Assembly (NCBI GenBank): GCA_017882325.1
Contig: JADGPQ010000003.1
Location: 1-42,354, forward strand
Reading direction: 5' to 3'
DNA length: 42,354 nt
Source of the DNA: Thermoleophilia bacterium
Lineage (GTDB): Bacteria; Actinomycetota; Thermoleophilia; UBA2241
This document shows positions 24,709 to 33,991 of the stretch, in pieces. The position numbers and the translations under genes are program-made. Numbering within the stretch: position 1 is the first letter of the stretch; the number at the start of each line of letters is the position of its first letter. The notes under the pieces were generated by a model that saw only the letters and a list, made by a program, of their open reading frames with translations, made no database searches and was not told the DNA's origin.

Positions 24709-25962
24709 TCATCGCGGCACCCGGTGGTAGTCGGCGCGCACGCCGTCGAGGATCTCGAGGTACTGGTGCGCGAGCGTGCGCCGGTCGAAGTGTTCGAGCA
24801 CGTAGCGGCGGCCGTTGGCGCCCAGGCGGGCGCACTCGGCGCGGTCGCCGACGAGCTCGAGGACGGCTCCCGCCAGCTCGGCGTCGTTGCCGGGCTCGAA
24901 GGCGATGCCGCAGTCCGCTTCGGTGAGCAGCGCACGCGCTTCGCCCTCGAAGCCGAGCAGGATGGGCTTCTCCATGGCCGCGTCCTCGAAGAACTTGCTG
25001 GGCAGGATGGTGGAGAAGAGCTCCTGCCTGCGGAAGTGCACGAGGCAGGCGTCGCTGCTCGCAAGGTAGTCGGGCAGCTCGGTGCGCGGCACGAGGCCGG
25101 TGAACACCACATTGTCGAGGCCGCGGGCGCGCGCCTGGGTCTCGAGGTCGGCGCGCACCGCGCCGTCGCCGACAAGCAGGAAGGCGACTTCGTCGCGGCC
25201 CTGCTCCTTGAGCCGGCGCGCGGCGCCGAGCGCGACCTCCAGGCCGCTCGCCATTCCGATGGTGCCGGCGAAGGTCACGACGAACGTGTCTGCCATGAAG
25301 CCGAGGCGTGCGCGGAGCGCGGGGTCGGGCGGACGCGGCGTGAACAGGTCGGCGTCCACGCCATTGGTGACCACGTCGATCTTGGCCGGCGGCACGCCCT
25401 TGCGGATCATGTTCTGCCGGTAGCCCTCGCCGACGGTGACGATGTGGTCGGCTGCGTCGTAGAGGGCGTGCTCGAACCCCTCGAGCGCGCGGATGACGCG
25501 GCCTTCCTTGAGCGCTCCCACAGCGGTGATCGAGTCGGGCCAGATGTCGCGGATCTCGAGCACCAGAGGGGCGCCGTGCGCCCGCGAGACGGGCACGCCG
25601 GCGCAGCCGGCGAAGAACTGCGGCGAGGTCGCGATGACCACGTCGGCGCGGGGGCGCAGCGCAGCGCCGGCCGCGCCGGCCGCGGCCATGTACGAAAGGA
25701 AGTTGAGACCGCGGCGTACGCGACCGCGGTTGGCGGCGAGGTACGTCCACACGCGCGCCGTGCGGATGCCGTCGATCCATTCCTCCTGGTAAAGCCGATT
25801 GCGGTAGCCCGCGTACACGACGCCGGCCGGGACGTTTGGCGCGCCCGTGAGCACCGTCACGCGCTGCCCGAGGCGCGCCCATTCCTTCGCCATGGCGTGC
25901 ACGCGCGCCGCCGGGGCGTTGTTCTCGGGGACGAAGTAGTGGCTCAGGTAGAGGATGTGCAC
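24709..25962 (-). CDS. Glycosyltransferase family 4 (WbuB-like)
   Basis: ILYLSHYF.PE..APA.R, TSPQFF, LEIRDIWPDS, NGVD, LPSKFFE. Start at GTG 25962. Confidence 0.92.
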   Translation of the reverse strand: MHILYLSHYFVPENNAPAARVHAMAKEWARLGQRVTVLTGAPNVPAGVVYAGYRNRLYQEEWIDGIRTARVWTYLAANRGRVRRGLNFLSYMAAAGAAGAALRPRADVVIATSPQFFAGCAGVPVSRAHGAPLVLEIRDIWPDSITAVGALKEGRVIRALEGFEHALYDAADHIVTVGEGYRQNMIRKGVPPAKIDVVTNGVDADLFTPRPPDPALRARLGFMADTFVVTFAGTIGMASGLEVALGAARRLKEQGRDEVAFLLVGDGAVRADLETQARARGLDNVVFTGLVPRTELPDYLASSDACLVHFRRQELFSTILPSKFFEDAAMEKPILLGFEGEARALLTEADCGIAFEPGNDAELAGAVLELVGDRAECARLGANGRRYVLEHFDRRTLAHQYLEILDGVRADYHRVPR

Positions 25963-25972
25963 GGCCGCACCA

Positions 25973-27019
25973 TCACTCGTCCCAGAAGACCTGGTCGTAG
26001 TACCGTACGGAGCGGCGCGAGAAGCGAACCCTGGACTGGGCGAGGGCGACGCCTTCGGCGTCCAGCTCGCCCAGCGCGTACTTGATGCCGAGGTACGGGA
26101 TGATGAAGTCCTCCTGGTACACGAACGTGCTGACGCGCGGATTGATCTCGAGCAGCTTGCCGCCGATCCACTGCACGCTCTGGTAGTAGTCGAGCCCCAG
26201 GTGGCGGACGACCTTTCGCGTGAGCTCCACGAGGTCGGGCCGGTCGATGGTCTTGAACGCCATCGCCAGGCCGGTGAGGAACTCCTCGCGGGTGCGGGTC
26301 TGGTGGAAGACGATCTCGCCCTTGTCGGCAAACAGATCCACGGTGACCTCGGGGGCGTCGACGTACTCCATCAGCATGAGCTCGGGGAACGGTTCGACCC
26401 CACGGAACAGGCCCTCGAACTCGGGCAGCGTCATGTAGCGGTTGATGGGCCGTTCGTGCAGCAGCTCGTGCACGCGGTCGACCTCGGCGGAGAGGATGCG
26501 GAAGCCGCGCGAGCCCTTGGCCACCGGCGGTTTGAAGCACACCGGAACGCTCGGATAGCCGAGCTCGCGGGCTCCGTCCACGAACTCGTCGAGGGAACGC
26601 GGCAGGAGCATCTCAGGCTGGGGCACGGGGATCTCGGCGCACGCCTTGTGCATGAGCGCCTTGTCGCCGGCGGTCACGATGCCGCTCACGCCGTCGGCCA
26701 GCACTGTGGCGCCGAGCTCCTCGAACACGGCGCGCCGACGCGCCACGGTCTCGATCTCGTGGGACGACTGCACGAAGAGCAGGTCTGGCCGCACGTTCTC
26801 GATCACCGTCGCCAGCGCGGGGACGTAACCGGGCGAGGCGCCGGTGGGCACGAGGTCGAAGCCGTCACAAAGGAAGCGGCCGACGGCGTCCGGGCGCACG
26901 TCCACGCCGTGGATGATGATCTCGCGCTCGCCGTTGGCCTTGAGCATGCGGATGAGCGTGCTCGCGCCGGGGCAGCCGACGGCGGTGAGGGCGAGCTTGA
27001 GCGGCGCTAGAGGATCCAG
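25973..27019 (-). CDS. ATP-grasp domain protein (CarB/PylC-like carboxylate-amine ligase)
   Basis: DKALM, FKPPVAKGSRG, LMEYV, EVTVD, LLEINPR. N-terminus extended to CTG 27019 to include LALTAVGCPGA. Confidence 0.85.
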   Translation of the reverse strand: MDPLAPLKLALTAVGCPGASTLIRMLKANGEREIIIHGVDVRPDAVGRFLCDGFDLVPTGASPGYVPALATVIENVRPDLLFVQSSHEIETVARRRAVFEELGATVLADGVSGIVTAGDKALMHKACAEIPVPQPEMLLPRSLDEFVDGARELGYPSVPVCFKPPVAKGSRGFRILSAEVDRVHELLHERPINRYMTLPEFEGLFRGVEPFPELMLMEYVDAPEVTVDLFADKGEIVFHQTRTREEFLTGLAMAFKTIDRPDLVELTRKVVRHLGLDYYQSVQWIGGKLLEINPRVSTFVYQEDFIIPYLGIKYALGELDAEGVALAQSRVRFSRRSVRYYDQVFWDE

Positions 27020-27645
27020 CGGTAGACCTCGAACACCTCGGCGAACTCGCAGCCGATGTTGATGCCGCGCGTGAGGGCCACGTTGCGGATGTAGTCCTCG
27101 CGCGTGTAGTTGCGATGGCCCTGGCTCTCGTAGCAGGCCAGGGCCTCCACCTTCTTCTCGACGTGGCGCTCCTCGAGCCGCACGTAGGCCTGGTGTGCGA
27201 AGTTGAGGTTGTTCCAGGGGATCTCGTAGGCGAGGACTGTGGTGCGCTTGAAAGCGCGCAAGCCCTCCTCGGCGACCGTCTTGTGGTCCTGGTGGAGGTC
27301 GATCAGGGCGGGCAGCATCACGCAGTCGGGGTCGAGTTCCTGCTGGAGGACGATCATCTCCTCGAGGATGTCCTGGCGCACGGTCGGAAAGGTGCGCACC
27401 TCGAAGTCGTAGACCTTGAGGTCGGTCTCGGGGATGCCGAGAACGCCCGTCGCGGCGCGGACCTCGTGCTTGAGGACGTCTTTCGGAAAGCCCTCCGGGA
27501 CGCTCTTGGCGGCGGTGCTGAAAGCGGCATAGGTGACCTTGACGCCGTTCTCGATGAGGCGCGCCATGGTGCCTCCGCAGCCGAACTCACCATCGTCGGT
27601 GTGCGGCGCCAGGACGAGCACGTTGTCGAAGCGTTCGATGCTCAC
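27007..27645 (-). CDS. PIG-L/LmbE-family N-deacetylase
   Basis: LAPHTDDGEFGCGG, HQDH, KVEALACYESQ, AEVF. Confidence 0.93.
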   Translation of the reverse strand: MSIERFDNVLVLAPHTDDGEFGCGGTMARLIENGVKVTYAAFSTAAKSVPEGFPKDVLKHEVRAATGVLGIPETDLKVYDFEVRTFPTVRQDILEEMIVLQQELDPDCVMLPALIDLHQDHKTVAEEGLRAFKRTTVLAYEIPWNNLNFAHQAYVRLEERHVEKKVEALACYESQGHRNYTREDYIRNVALTRGINIGCEFAEVFEVYRWIL

Positions 27646-27703
27646 GTGAGGTACTCCCCTCGGTGAGGCGTTTCGTCTGTCGGGTCGAGCCGCGCCGGGG
27701 CGG

Positions 27704-28837
27704 CTACGTAAGCCCGGCGCAGAGCGAACCGTAGAAGTCTACCAAATCGCCCGCGACGACCTCCCAACAGAAGCGCCGTTGCACGGCGCGACGGCCGCGC
27801 ACGCCCATCTGAGGGAGCGTCTCGCGATTGGCCAGTAGGCGCCGCAGGCCGCGCAGGTGGCCGTCGACGCCGGGTTCGACGGCGAGACCGCATTCCTCGA
27901 GGCGCACGAGCTCGCCACGCCGCGGCAGGTTCGTCACCAGCGCCGCGAGACCCATGGCCATGCCCTCGAGCAGTTTGGTGGGGATCGTGGGGTACTTGTA
28001 CTGCACCGTGGGCACCGCGGGGATCCAGACCACGTCGGCGGCCGCGAGGTAGCGCGGCAGCTCGGCGGGTGGAACGCGGCCGAGCAGCTTCACGCGGTCG
28101 TCGAGCCCGGCGGCGAGGCGGCTGCGTGTCTCGTCCTCCATGTCGGGCGAGGCGAACGTGCCGCCGAGGTAGAGCACGGCCTCGTCGGCGGCCAGCTGCT
28201 CCATGACGTCGAGCATCAAGGCGCAGCCGCGGCCGCGAGACAGGCTGCCGACGTAGGCGAGCTTGAGGCGCGGATCGGCTGCCAGGTCTGGCAGCGGCTC
28301 CGCGCCGTCGAACCGTTCGAAGCGTGGGTAGTTGGGCAGCACGAGGCGGAGCTTCGGCGTGCTGCCCAGCGCGTCGAGCTGCTCGTCGGTGACCACCACC
28401 ACGCCGCTGCCCAGCGCCGCGAGGCCCTTCTGGGCGGTGGCGGTGGCCTGGGAGGCAAACGGCCGCGCCTTTTCAGGGATGTAGTGCTTGCCCGCCACCG
28501 CCTCGGGCACGTACTCATGCATGTCGTAGACGAGGCGCGGGATGAACGCTTTGACGGCGGGGAACAGCGTCAGCAGCTCGGGGTCGTGCACATGCAGTAC
28601 GTGCGGCCGCAGCGCGCGCAGGGAATGGGCGATCTCGATCGAGTCCAGGAACCGCGTGCTGCGGCCGCGCTCGGGCAGCGGCGCCAGAAGCACGCCGTGC
28701 TCGTCGCGACCACGCTCGGCGCCCGGCGCCAGGTACAGGACGGCGTAGCCGGCCTCGGCCAACGTGCGGCACTCGCGCTCGTGGATGCGAGGGTCGTCGG
28801 GCTTGTGGACGACGGAGAGGTGGACGACGCGGATCAC
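27704..28837 (-). CDS. Glycosyltransferase family 4
   Basis: HLSVVHK.DDPRI..RE, HVHDPELL, YDMHE, NYP, GSL..GRG, PTKLLEGMAMG. GTG start overlaps the upstream stop. Confidence 0.9.
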   Translation of the reverse strand: MIRVVHLSVVHKPDDPRIHERECRTLAEAGYAVLYLAPGAERGRDEHGVLLAPLPERGRSTRFLDSIEIAHSLRALRPHVLHVHDPELLTLFPAVKAFIPRLVYDMHEYVPEAVAGKHYIPEKARPFASQATATAQKGLAALGSGVVVVTDEQLDALGSTPKLRLVLPNYPRFERFDGAEPLPDLAADPRLKLAYVGSLSRGRGCALMLDVMEQLAADEAVLYLGGTFASPDMEDETRSRLAAGLDDRVKLLGRVPPAELPRYLAAADVVWIPAVPTVQYKYPTIPTKLLEGMAMGLAALVTNLPRRGELVRLEECGLAVEPGVDGHLRGLRRLLANRETLPQMGVRGRRAVQRRFCWEVVAGDLVDFYGSLCAGLT

Positions 28838-30354
28838 GTGGCGCGCCCGTCGAGCCCCGGGGCGGGTAACCCGTTCATCCCCGTGGCCTCTCGCCAGCGG
28901 GTCACCACCGCGCCCGCGGAGGTCGCCCAGGCGCCCTCCCTTAGCGCCCGGTCCACGAGGCGCCAGTACACTCCGTCGTACCCGCGTGACACGCGGCGGT
29001 CGAAACGGTTGTTGTGCCACAGGATGCTCACCGCGCCGCCGCTGCGTGCGACGTTGTCGAGCACCGCGGCCGCCGCGCGCTCCGCGCCGGCCGCGTCGAG
29101 ACCGCGGTAGTGCGGCTCCTGCAGGGTGCCGTCCATGACCGTGAGCGGCAGCTCCACCAGGTCGAGCGGGCGCTCCTCGCCGAGGTGGTACGGCCGGAAC
29201 GGGAACGAGCACCCGCAGCGGAAGCCCTCGTGCTCGGCGAACGCGAGGCTGCTGTCGTAGCTGAAGCCAGCCTGCTCGAGGAGGGGCAGCGTCTCGTGGT
29301 AGAGGCAGCGCAGGTAGTGATAGCGGATGCCGCGCACCTCCGTGCCCGCCTGCCCGGCCAGCAGGCTGCGGTCGTCGCTGAGCGGAGCGAGGCCCAGGCG
29401 GTCGCTGTCGTTGCCGTGCAGACCGATCTCGCGGCCGTGGCGCCGCAGAAGCGCAAGGGCCTGCGGCCTGAGCTTGCGGTAGGTCTCGGGCTGGTTGCCG
29501 TCGGAATGGTGCGTGTGGCGGGCGATGACGAAGAACGTGGAGGAGATGCCGCGGGCGTCCTCACCGCCGAGGAGCTGAGGAAACGTCCAGAAGGGATCGG
29601 TGCGCCGCGGCAGGTGGCGGGTGAACCAGTCGCCGAGATCGCCGAGCTCGCGGCGCAAGACGGCGCCGTTGCCGTGACGTACGGCGCGCGCGCTGCGGTA
29701 GCCCGTCGCGGCAAAGCCGCGCGCGGTCCAGCGCCACAGGTTGTCGAGATCGTGAGTGAGGGCGACGGCGTGGCCTGCCCCAGCCTTTCCGGTGTCCCAC
29801 ATCCAGCCGGCCGCCGGCTGCGGCTCGAGGCCGAGCGCGACGAGGCGCGGCGCGAGCACGGCGCGCAGCAGTGCCACATAGACGTCGACGGCCGGGGCGT
29901 CGATGCGGAGGGCGGGGTTGACGGCGAACATGCTGGCCGCGTACGGAAGGCGGCCATGCTTGTCACGCTCGCCGGTCGTGCGTTCGTCCCAGCAGGCCAG
30001 AAGGGCGAAGGCCGAGGCGACAAGGTCGAACGGGACGGCGAAGCCGGCGCCGGGATCGGCCGGAAAGGCGGCCACGGCGGAGCCGTGGCCGCACTCGCGT
30101 GTCGCGAAGGCGTCGGCCGGCAGCGCCCTCTCGGCCGCAAAGATCTCCAGCGCCGCGGCGCTGCAAGGGATGGTCGGCACGCCCTCGACCGGCGCCGCGG
30201 CGTAGGCGAGCGCGGCGCCAGCGGACAGCGCCGGGTCGCGCGTCAGTGCGGCACGACGCCCCAGCGGCGCCAGCATCGTGTCGAGGGCCCACCTGGCGCG
30301 CGGCAGAAAGCCGTCTGGCGCGTCGACGAAGACCTCGAGGTCGGACAGGCTCAT
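28834..30354 (-). CDS. Polysaccharide deacetylase (NodB/CE4-like) with an N-terminal extension domain
   Basis: LTHDLD, STFFV, EIGLHG, GIRYHYLR, YDSSL, GFRCG, ELPLTVMD, ILWHN. Confidence 0.88.
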   Translation of the reverse strand: MSLSDLEVFVDAPDGFLPRARWALDTMLAPLGRRAALTRDPALSAGAALAYAAAPVEGVPTIPCSAAALEIFAAERALPADAFATRECGHGSAVAAFPADPGAGFAVPFDLVASAFALLACWDERTTGERDKHGRLPYAASMFAVNPALRIDAPAVDVYVALLRAVLAPRLVALGLEPQPAAGWMWDTGKAGAGHAVALTHDLDNLWRWTARGFAATGYRSARAVRHGNGAVLRRELGDLGDWFTRHLPRRTDPFWTFPQLLGGEDARGISSTFFVIARHTHHSDGNQPETYRKLRPQALALLRRHGREIGLHGNDSDRLGLAPLSDDRSLLAGQAGTEVRGIRYHYLRCLYHETLPLLEQAGFSYDSSLAFAEHEGFRCGCSFPFRPYHLGEERPLDLVELPLTVMDGTLQEPHYRGLDAAGAERAAAAVLDNVARSGGAVSILWHNNRFDRRVSRGYDGVYWRLVDRALREGAWATSAGAVVTRWREATGMNGLPAPGLDGRAT

Positions 30355-30373
30355 GCGGTCGTGGCCCCCACCG

Positions 30374-31588
30374 TCAGACGTCGGCCCGGGCGCGCGGCTG
30401 CCTGGTGACTACCTGCCGCGCGACGGCGTAGGCGTTCAGCAGGCCGGGCAGAGGATCGCGCAGGGAGTGCAAGCCATCGATGCGCGTGCCGCGCAGTGAG
30501 CGCACATACTCGCCGGCGTGCCGCTGCCTCTTCGCGATCTCGAGCAGCGCGAGGGGCACGTCCTTGTTCGCGACGATCCACTTGACGCCGTCGGCTTGGC
30601 GTGGCGCCATGAACGGCTCGCCGATGGCGTCGCGGTAGGCGGCCAGTGAAAGGTTCACGCCGCAGGCGGCCGCGAGTCCGTGCCACTTCCAGTGCCGGGC
30701 GTTGACCTCCATGAGGCAGTAGCGCCCGTCGCGCGGGTCGCGCTTGAACTCCACCTGGCTGACGCCGTGGAAGCGCAGCTCTTGCAGCAGGCGCAGCGCG
30801 GCCTCGGCGAGGTCGGCGTCCCAGGCGCTCACGCCGGCGAGGCAGCTGCCGCCGGCGTGCGGGTACTGGCGCAGCTTGTGGCCGGTGAACACGGCCAGCG
30901 GCCGCGAGCCGGCATCGAGGTACGACCCGACCGTCCAGAGCTCGGTCTCGCCGCCGGGGATCCTCTCCTGCAAGATCAAGGTACCGAGATCGTCGACCTT
31001 GTCATAGATGCGCTGCAAGTCGGCGGGCGACTCCACGTCGAGGATGTGGCGGTGAAAGCGCAGCTTGAACGCCAGAGACTCGACGGGCTTGAGCACGGCC
31101 GGGAAAGGCATCTCGCCGGCGGCGGCCTCGAGCTCCGCGCCGGAGCTCACGAAGACGGTCTTCGGCGTGTCGACGCCGGCGCGCCATGCAGTCTCCATCT
31201 GGGCGCGCTTGTCGTGCACCCGCTGCATCGCGTCCCAGCGGGAAAAGGGGACGATGAACCAGGGCTCGAGTCGCTCGGCGTGGCGCGAGAGCGGCCAGAT
31301 GTACTCGTCGTGGCTGGGGAAGACGACGGCACGTTGTGGCAGCCGCGCGCCGAGCTCCTCGAGCCAGGTGACGAGGGCCTCCTCGTCGGCGAGCGGGTCG
31401 GGGCAGACCATGCCGCTGGCGTAGCGCGAGCGCAGGCCGAGGGCGCCGGGGTCGGCGTCGAGGGCCAGCACCGGCACGCCGTGGCGACCGAGGTCGCGGA
31501 CGATGTCGAGGCCGCAGGCGTAGCTCACCTGGAAGACGGCGGCGGGGGCCTGCGCGGCCGCCGTCTCGACGAAGCGCGAGAACCTCAA
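30374..31588 (-). CDS. ATP-grasp ligase (D-aspartate-ligase-like), paralog 2
   Basis: DKR, LKP, LQERIPG, TGHKLRQ, QVEFKRDPRDG, MEVNAR. TTG start overlaps the upstream stop. Confidence 0.88.
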   Translation of the reverse strand: MRFSRFVETAAAQAPAAVFQVSYACGLDIVRDLGRHGVPVLALDADPGALGLRSRYASGMVCPDPLADEEALVTWLEELGARLPQRAVVFPSHDEYIWPLSRHAERLEPWFIVPFSRWDAMQRVHDKRAQMETAWRAGVDTPKTVFVSSGAELEAAAGEMPFPAVLKPVESLAFKLRFHRHILDVESPADLQRIYDKVDDLGTLILQERIPGGETELWTVGSYLDAGSRPLAVFTGHKLRQYPHAGGSCLAGVSAWDADLAEAALRLLQELRFHGVSQVEFKRDPRDGRYCLMEVNARHWKWHGLAAACGVNLSLAAYRDAIGEPFMAPRQADGVKWIVANKDVPLALLEIAKRQRHAGEYVRSLRGTRIDGLHSLRDPLPGLLNAYAVARQVVTRQPRARADV

Positions 31589-32805
31589 GGCGCCTCGCCT
31601 TCGTGCGGGCGCCCCTTGCGCGTGATCATGGTGCGCAGCTGCCTCGCGGTAAGCAGCGCTCCCGGCAGAGGGTCCTTGAGCGAGTACAGGCCGTCGACCC
31701 TGACGCCCCGGTACGATCTCAGCCACGGGCCGAGCTTCTCGTCGCCCCTGCGCCAGCGGGAGAACGCGTCGCGCGCGTCCGTGAGCGACACTACCCACTT
31801 GAGACCGTCACTCTGGCGTCGCGCCACGTAGGGGTCGCCGATGGCATCGCGGTAGGCGGCCAGCGAGAGGTTCACGCCGCAGGCGGTGGCCAGGCTGTGC
31901 CACATCCAGTGACGCGCGTTGACCTCCATGAGGCGATACCGGCCGTCGCGGGGGTCGCGCTTGAACTCGACCTGGCTGACGCCGTGGTAGCCGAGCTCGT
32001 GCAGCAGGCGCAGACCTGCCTCCGCGAGCTCGGGCACCCAAAGGCTCGCCGCCATGCTCACGTGGCCGAAGCGCGGGGGGTGCTGGCGCAGCTTGTGACC
32101 GGTGAACTGCGCCAGCGGTCGCGACCGGGCGTCCAGATACGACCCCAGGGTATACAGCTCCTCGTCGCCGCCCGGGACGATGTCCTGCAACATCAGCGTG
32201 CCGCAGTCCCGCACCTTGTCGTAGACGCGCAGCAGCTCGTCGCGCGAGCCGATCTCGAGCACGTGCCGGCGAAAGCGGATCTTGAAGGCCAGCGACTCGA
32301 CCGGCTTGAAGATCGCCGGGAAGCCGATCTCGTCGGCGCCGCGGGCGAGGTCGTCGTCGCCGTCCACGAACACGGTCTTCGGGATGTCTACTCCGACGCG
32401 CTTGGCGGTCTCGAGTTGCTCGCGCTTGTCGTGTAGCCGCTGCATCGTCTCCCAGCGGGAGAACGGGATGAGGTACCAGCGCTCCAGGCGCTTCGCGCTC
32501 TTGGAGATGGGCCAGATGTATTGGTCGTGCGTCGGGAAGAGCACGGCGCGCCGCGGCAGGCGAGGCCCCAACTGTTCGAGGAACATGATGAAAGCTTCCT
32601 CGTCTTCGCGCGGGTCTGGGCATACCATCCCAGCGGCGAGCCGCGAGTGCAGGCCCAAGGCGCGCGGATTGTCGTCCACGGCGAGCAGCGGGACGTCGTC
32701 GGCGGCGAGGTCGCGGATGATGTCGAGCCCATTGGCCCAGGAGACTTGTAGCACGACGGCCGGATGACGCTGTTCCGCTGCTTTCACAAACTTGTCGAAG
32801 CGCAT
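31585..32805 (-). CDS. ATP-grasp ligase (D-aspartate-ligase-like), paralog 1
   Basis: DKR, FKP, LQDIVPG, TGHKLRQ, QVEFKRDPRDG, MEVNAR. Confidence 0.9.
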   Translation of the reverse strand: MRFDKFVKAAEQRHPAVVLQVSWANGLDIIRDLAADDVPLLAVDDNPRALGLHSRLAAGMVCPDPREDEEAFIMFLEQLGPRLPRRAVLFPTHDQYIWPISKSAKRLERWYLIPFSRWETMQRLHDKREQLETAKRVGVDIPKTVFVDGDDDLARGADEIGFPAIFKPVESLAFKIRFRRHVLEIGSRDELLRVYDKVRDCGTLMLQDIVPGGDEELYTLGSYLDARSRPLAQFTGHKLRQHPPRFGHVSMAASLWVPELAEAGLRLLHELGYHGVSQVEFKRDPRDGRYRLMEVNARHWMWHSLATACGVNLSLAAYRDAIGDPYVARRQSDGLKWVVSLTDARDAFSRWRRGDEKLGPWLRSYRGVRVDGLYSLKDPLPGALLTARQLRTMITRKGRPHEGEAP

Positions 32806-32815
32806 GGTGGACCTT

Positions 32816-33991
32816 TCAGGGCGCCGGGCGCAGGACCTTTTCGTAGACGCCCAGCGTGAGCTGCGCGTTGCGATCCCAGCTCAGGGCCAGTGCGGCCGCC
32901 TTGCCGGCTTCGCCCACGGCGGCCGCGGCCACGGGGTCGTCCAGCACCCTCGCGATGATACCCGTGAGTGCATCGGCGTCGCGAACCGGCACAAGGTAGC
33001 CGCTCTCACCGTCTGCGATGAAATCCTCGGGACCTTCGCCCTTTCCGGCGATGACCGGCGTGTTCTGGGCCATGGCCTCGGTGTATACGAGGCCGAACGC
33101 CTCGTCCCAGCTGGGCAGGGCGAAGACATCGGCGCGGGCCATGAGCGCGAGCACGCGCTGGTGCGGTACGCGGCCGAGGAAGTGGACGGCATCGGCGACG
33201 CCGTCGGCTTCGGCCTGGGCGGCAAGCGCGCCGCGCAGCGGGCCGTCGCCGACGATCGCGAGGTTTACGCGACGGCCGCCCGCGCGCAGCCGCCCGACGG
33301 TCGCGACCAGCTCGCGCAGGCCTTTGCGTTCGATCAGGTAGCCGACCGTGAGTACCAGCGGCGCGCCCGGCAGGTAGTCGGCCGCCGGCTCGACTTCGCG
33401 CCCGAGCCCCGTGGTGCCGTTCAGCACCACGGTCAGGCGCTCGGGCGCGGCGACCCCGGCGAGCAGTCGCGCGACGGCGCTCGAGTTGGCCATCACCGCG
33501 TCGGCGTGCGCGAGCACGGCCTTGGCGCGGCGTTCGACGGCGCCGCCCAGACGAAAGTGCTGGTACACGTCGGCGCCGTGCACGGTGACGACGTACGGTA
33601 CACCGAGGTCCGCGGCCAGCCGCTGGGCGAGGGCGCCGTCGGGCAGCGCCTGGTGGGCGTGCAGCAGGTCATAGCCGCCGCTGCGGAGCGACGGCAAGCG
33701 GCGCACCCTGTAGTAGGCGAGGTCGCCAAGGCGGGCGAAGAAGTGGCGCCTCGGGATCTGTGGCACGCGGGGGTACTCGGCGACGACTCCGTCGCGCACG
33801 GCCTCCCGCGGCTTCTGGCCACGTCGCTTCTGGCGCGGGTCGCGCCACAGGATGCGCGGCACCCACGGCGTCGGGGAGAGCACCTGGGCCTCGACGCCCA
33901 GCTTGCGCAGCGCGAGGACCTGCTCGTGCACGAAAAGGTGTCGTTCCACGCCGGGAGACGGGTAGAGGTGCGAGACGACGAGGACTCTCAC
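32816..33991 (-). CDS. Glycosyltransferase family 4 (TuaC-like)
   Basis: VLVVSHLYP, LHAH.ALPDG, TVHGADV, VGYLIERKG, PSWDEAFGLVYTEAMA. Start at GTG 33991. Confidence 0.92.
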   Translation of the reverse strand: MRVLVVSHLYPSPGVERHLFVHEQVLALRKLGVEAQVLSPTPWVPRILWRDPRQKRRGQKPREAVRDGVVAEYPRVPQIPRRHFFARLGDLAYYRVRRLPSLRSGGYDLLHAHQALPDGALAQRLAADLGVPYVVTVHGADVYQHFRLGGAVERRAKAVLAHADAVMANSSAVARLLAGVAAPERLTVVLNGTTGLGREVEPAADYLPGAPLVLTVGYLIERKGLRELVATVGRLRAGGRRVNLAIVGDGPLRGALAAQAEADGVADAVHFLGRVPHQRVLALMARADVFALPSWDEAFGLVYTEAMAQNTPVIAGKGEGPEDFIADGESGYLVPVRDADALTGIIARVLDDPVAAAAVGEAGKAAALALSWDRNAQLTLGVYEKVLRPAP

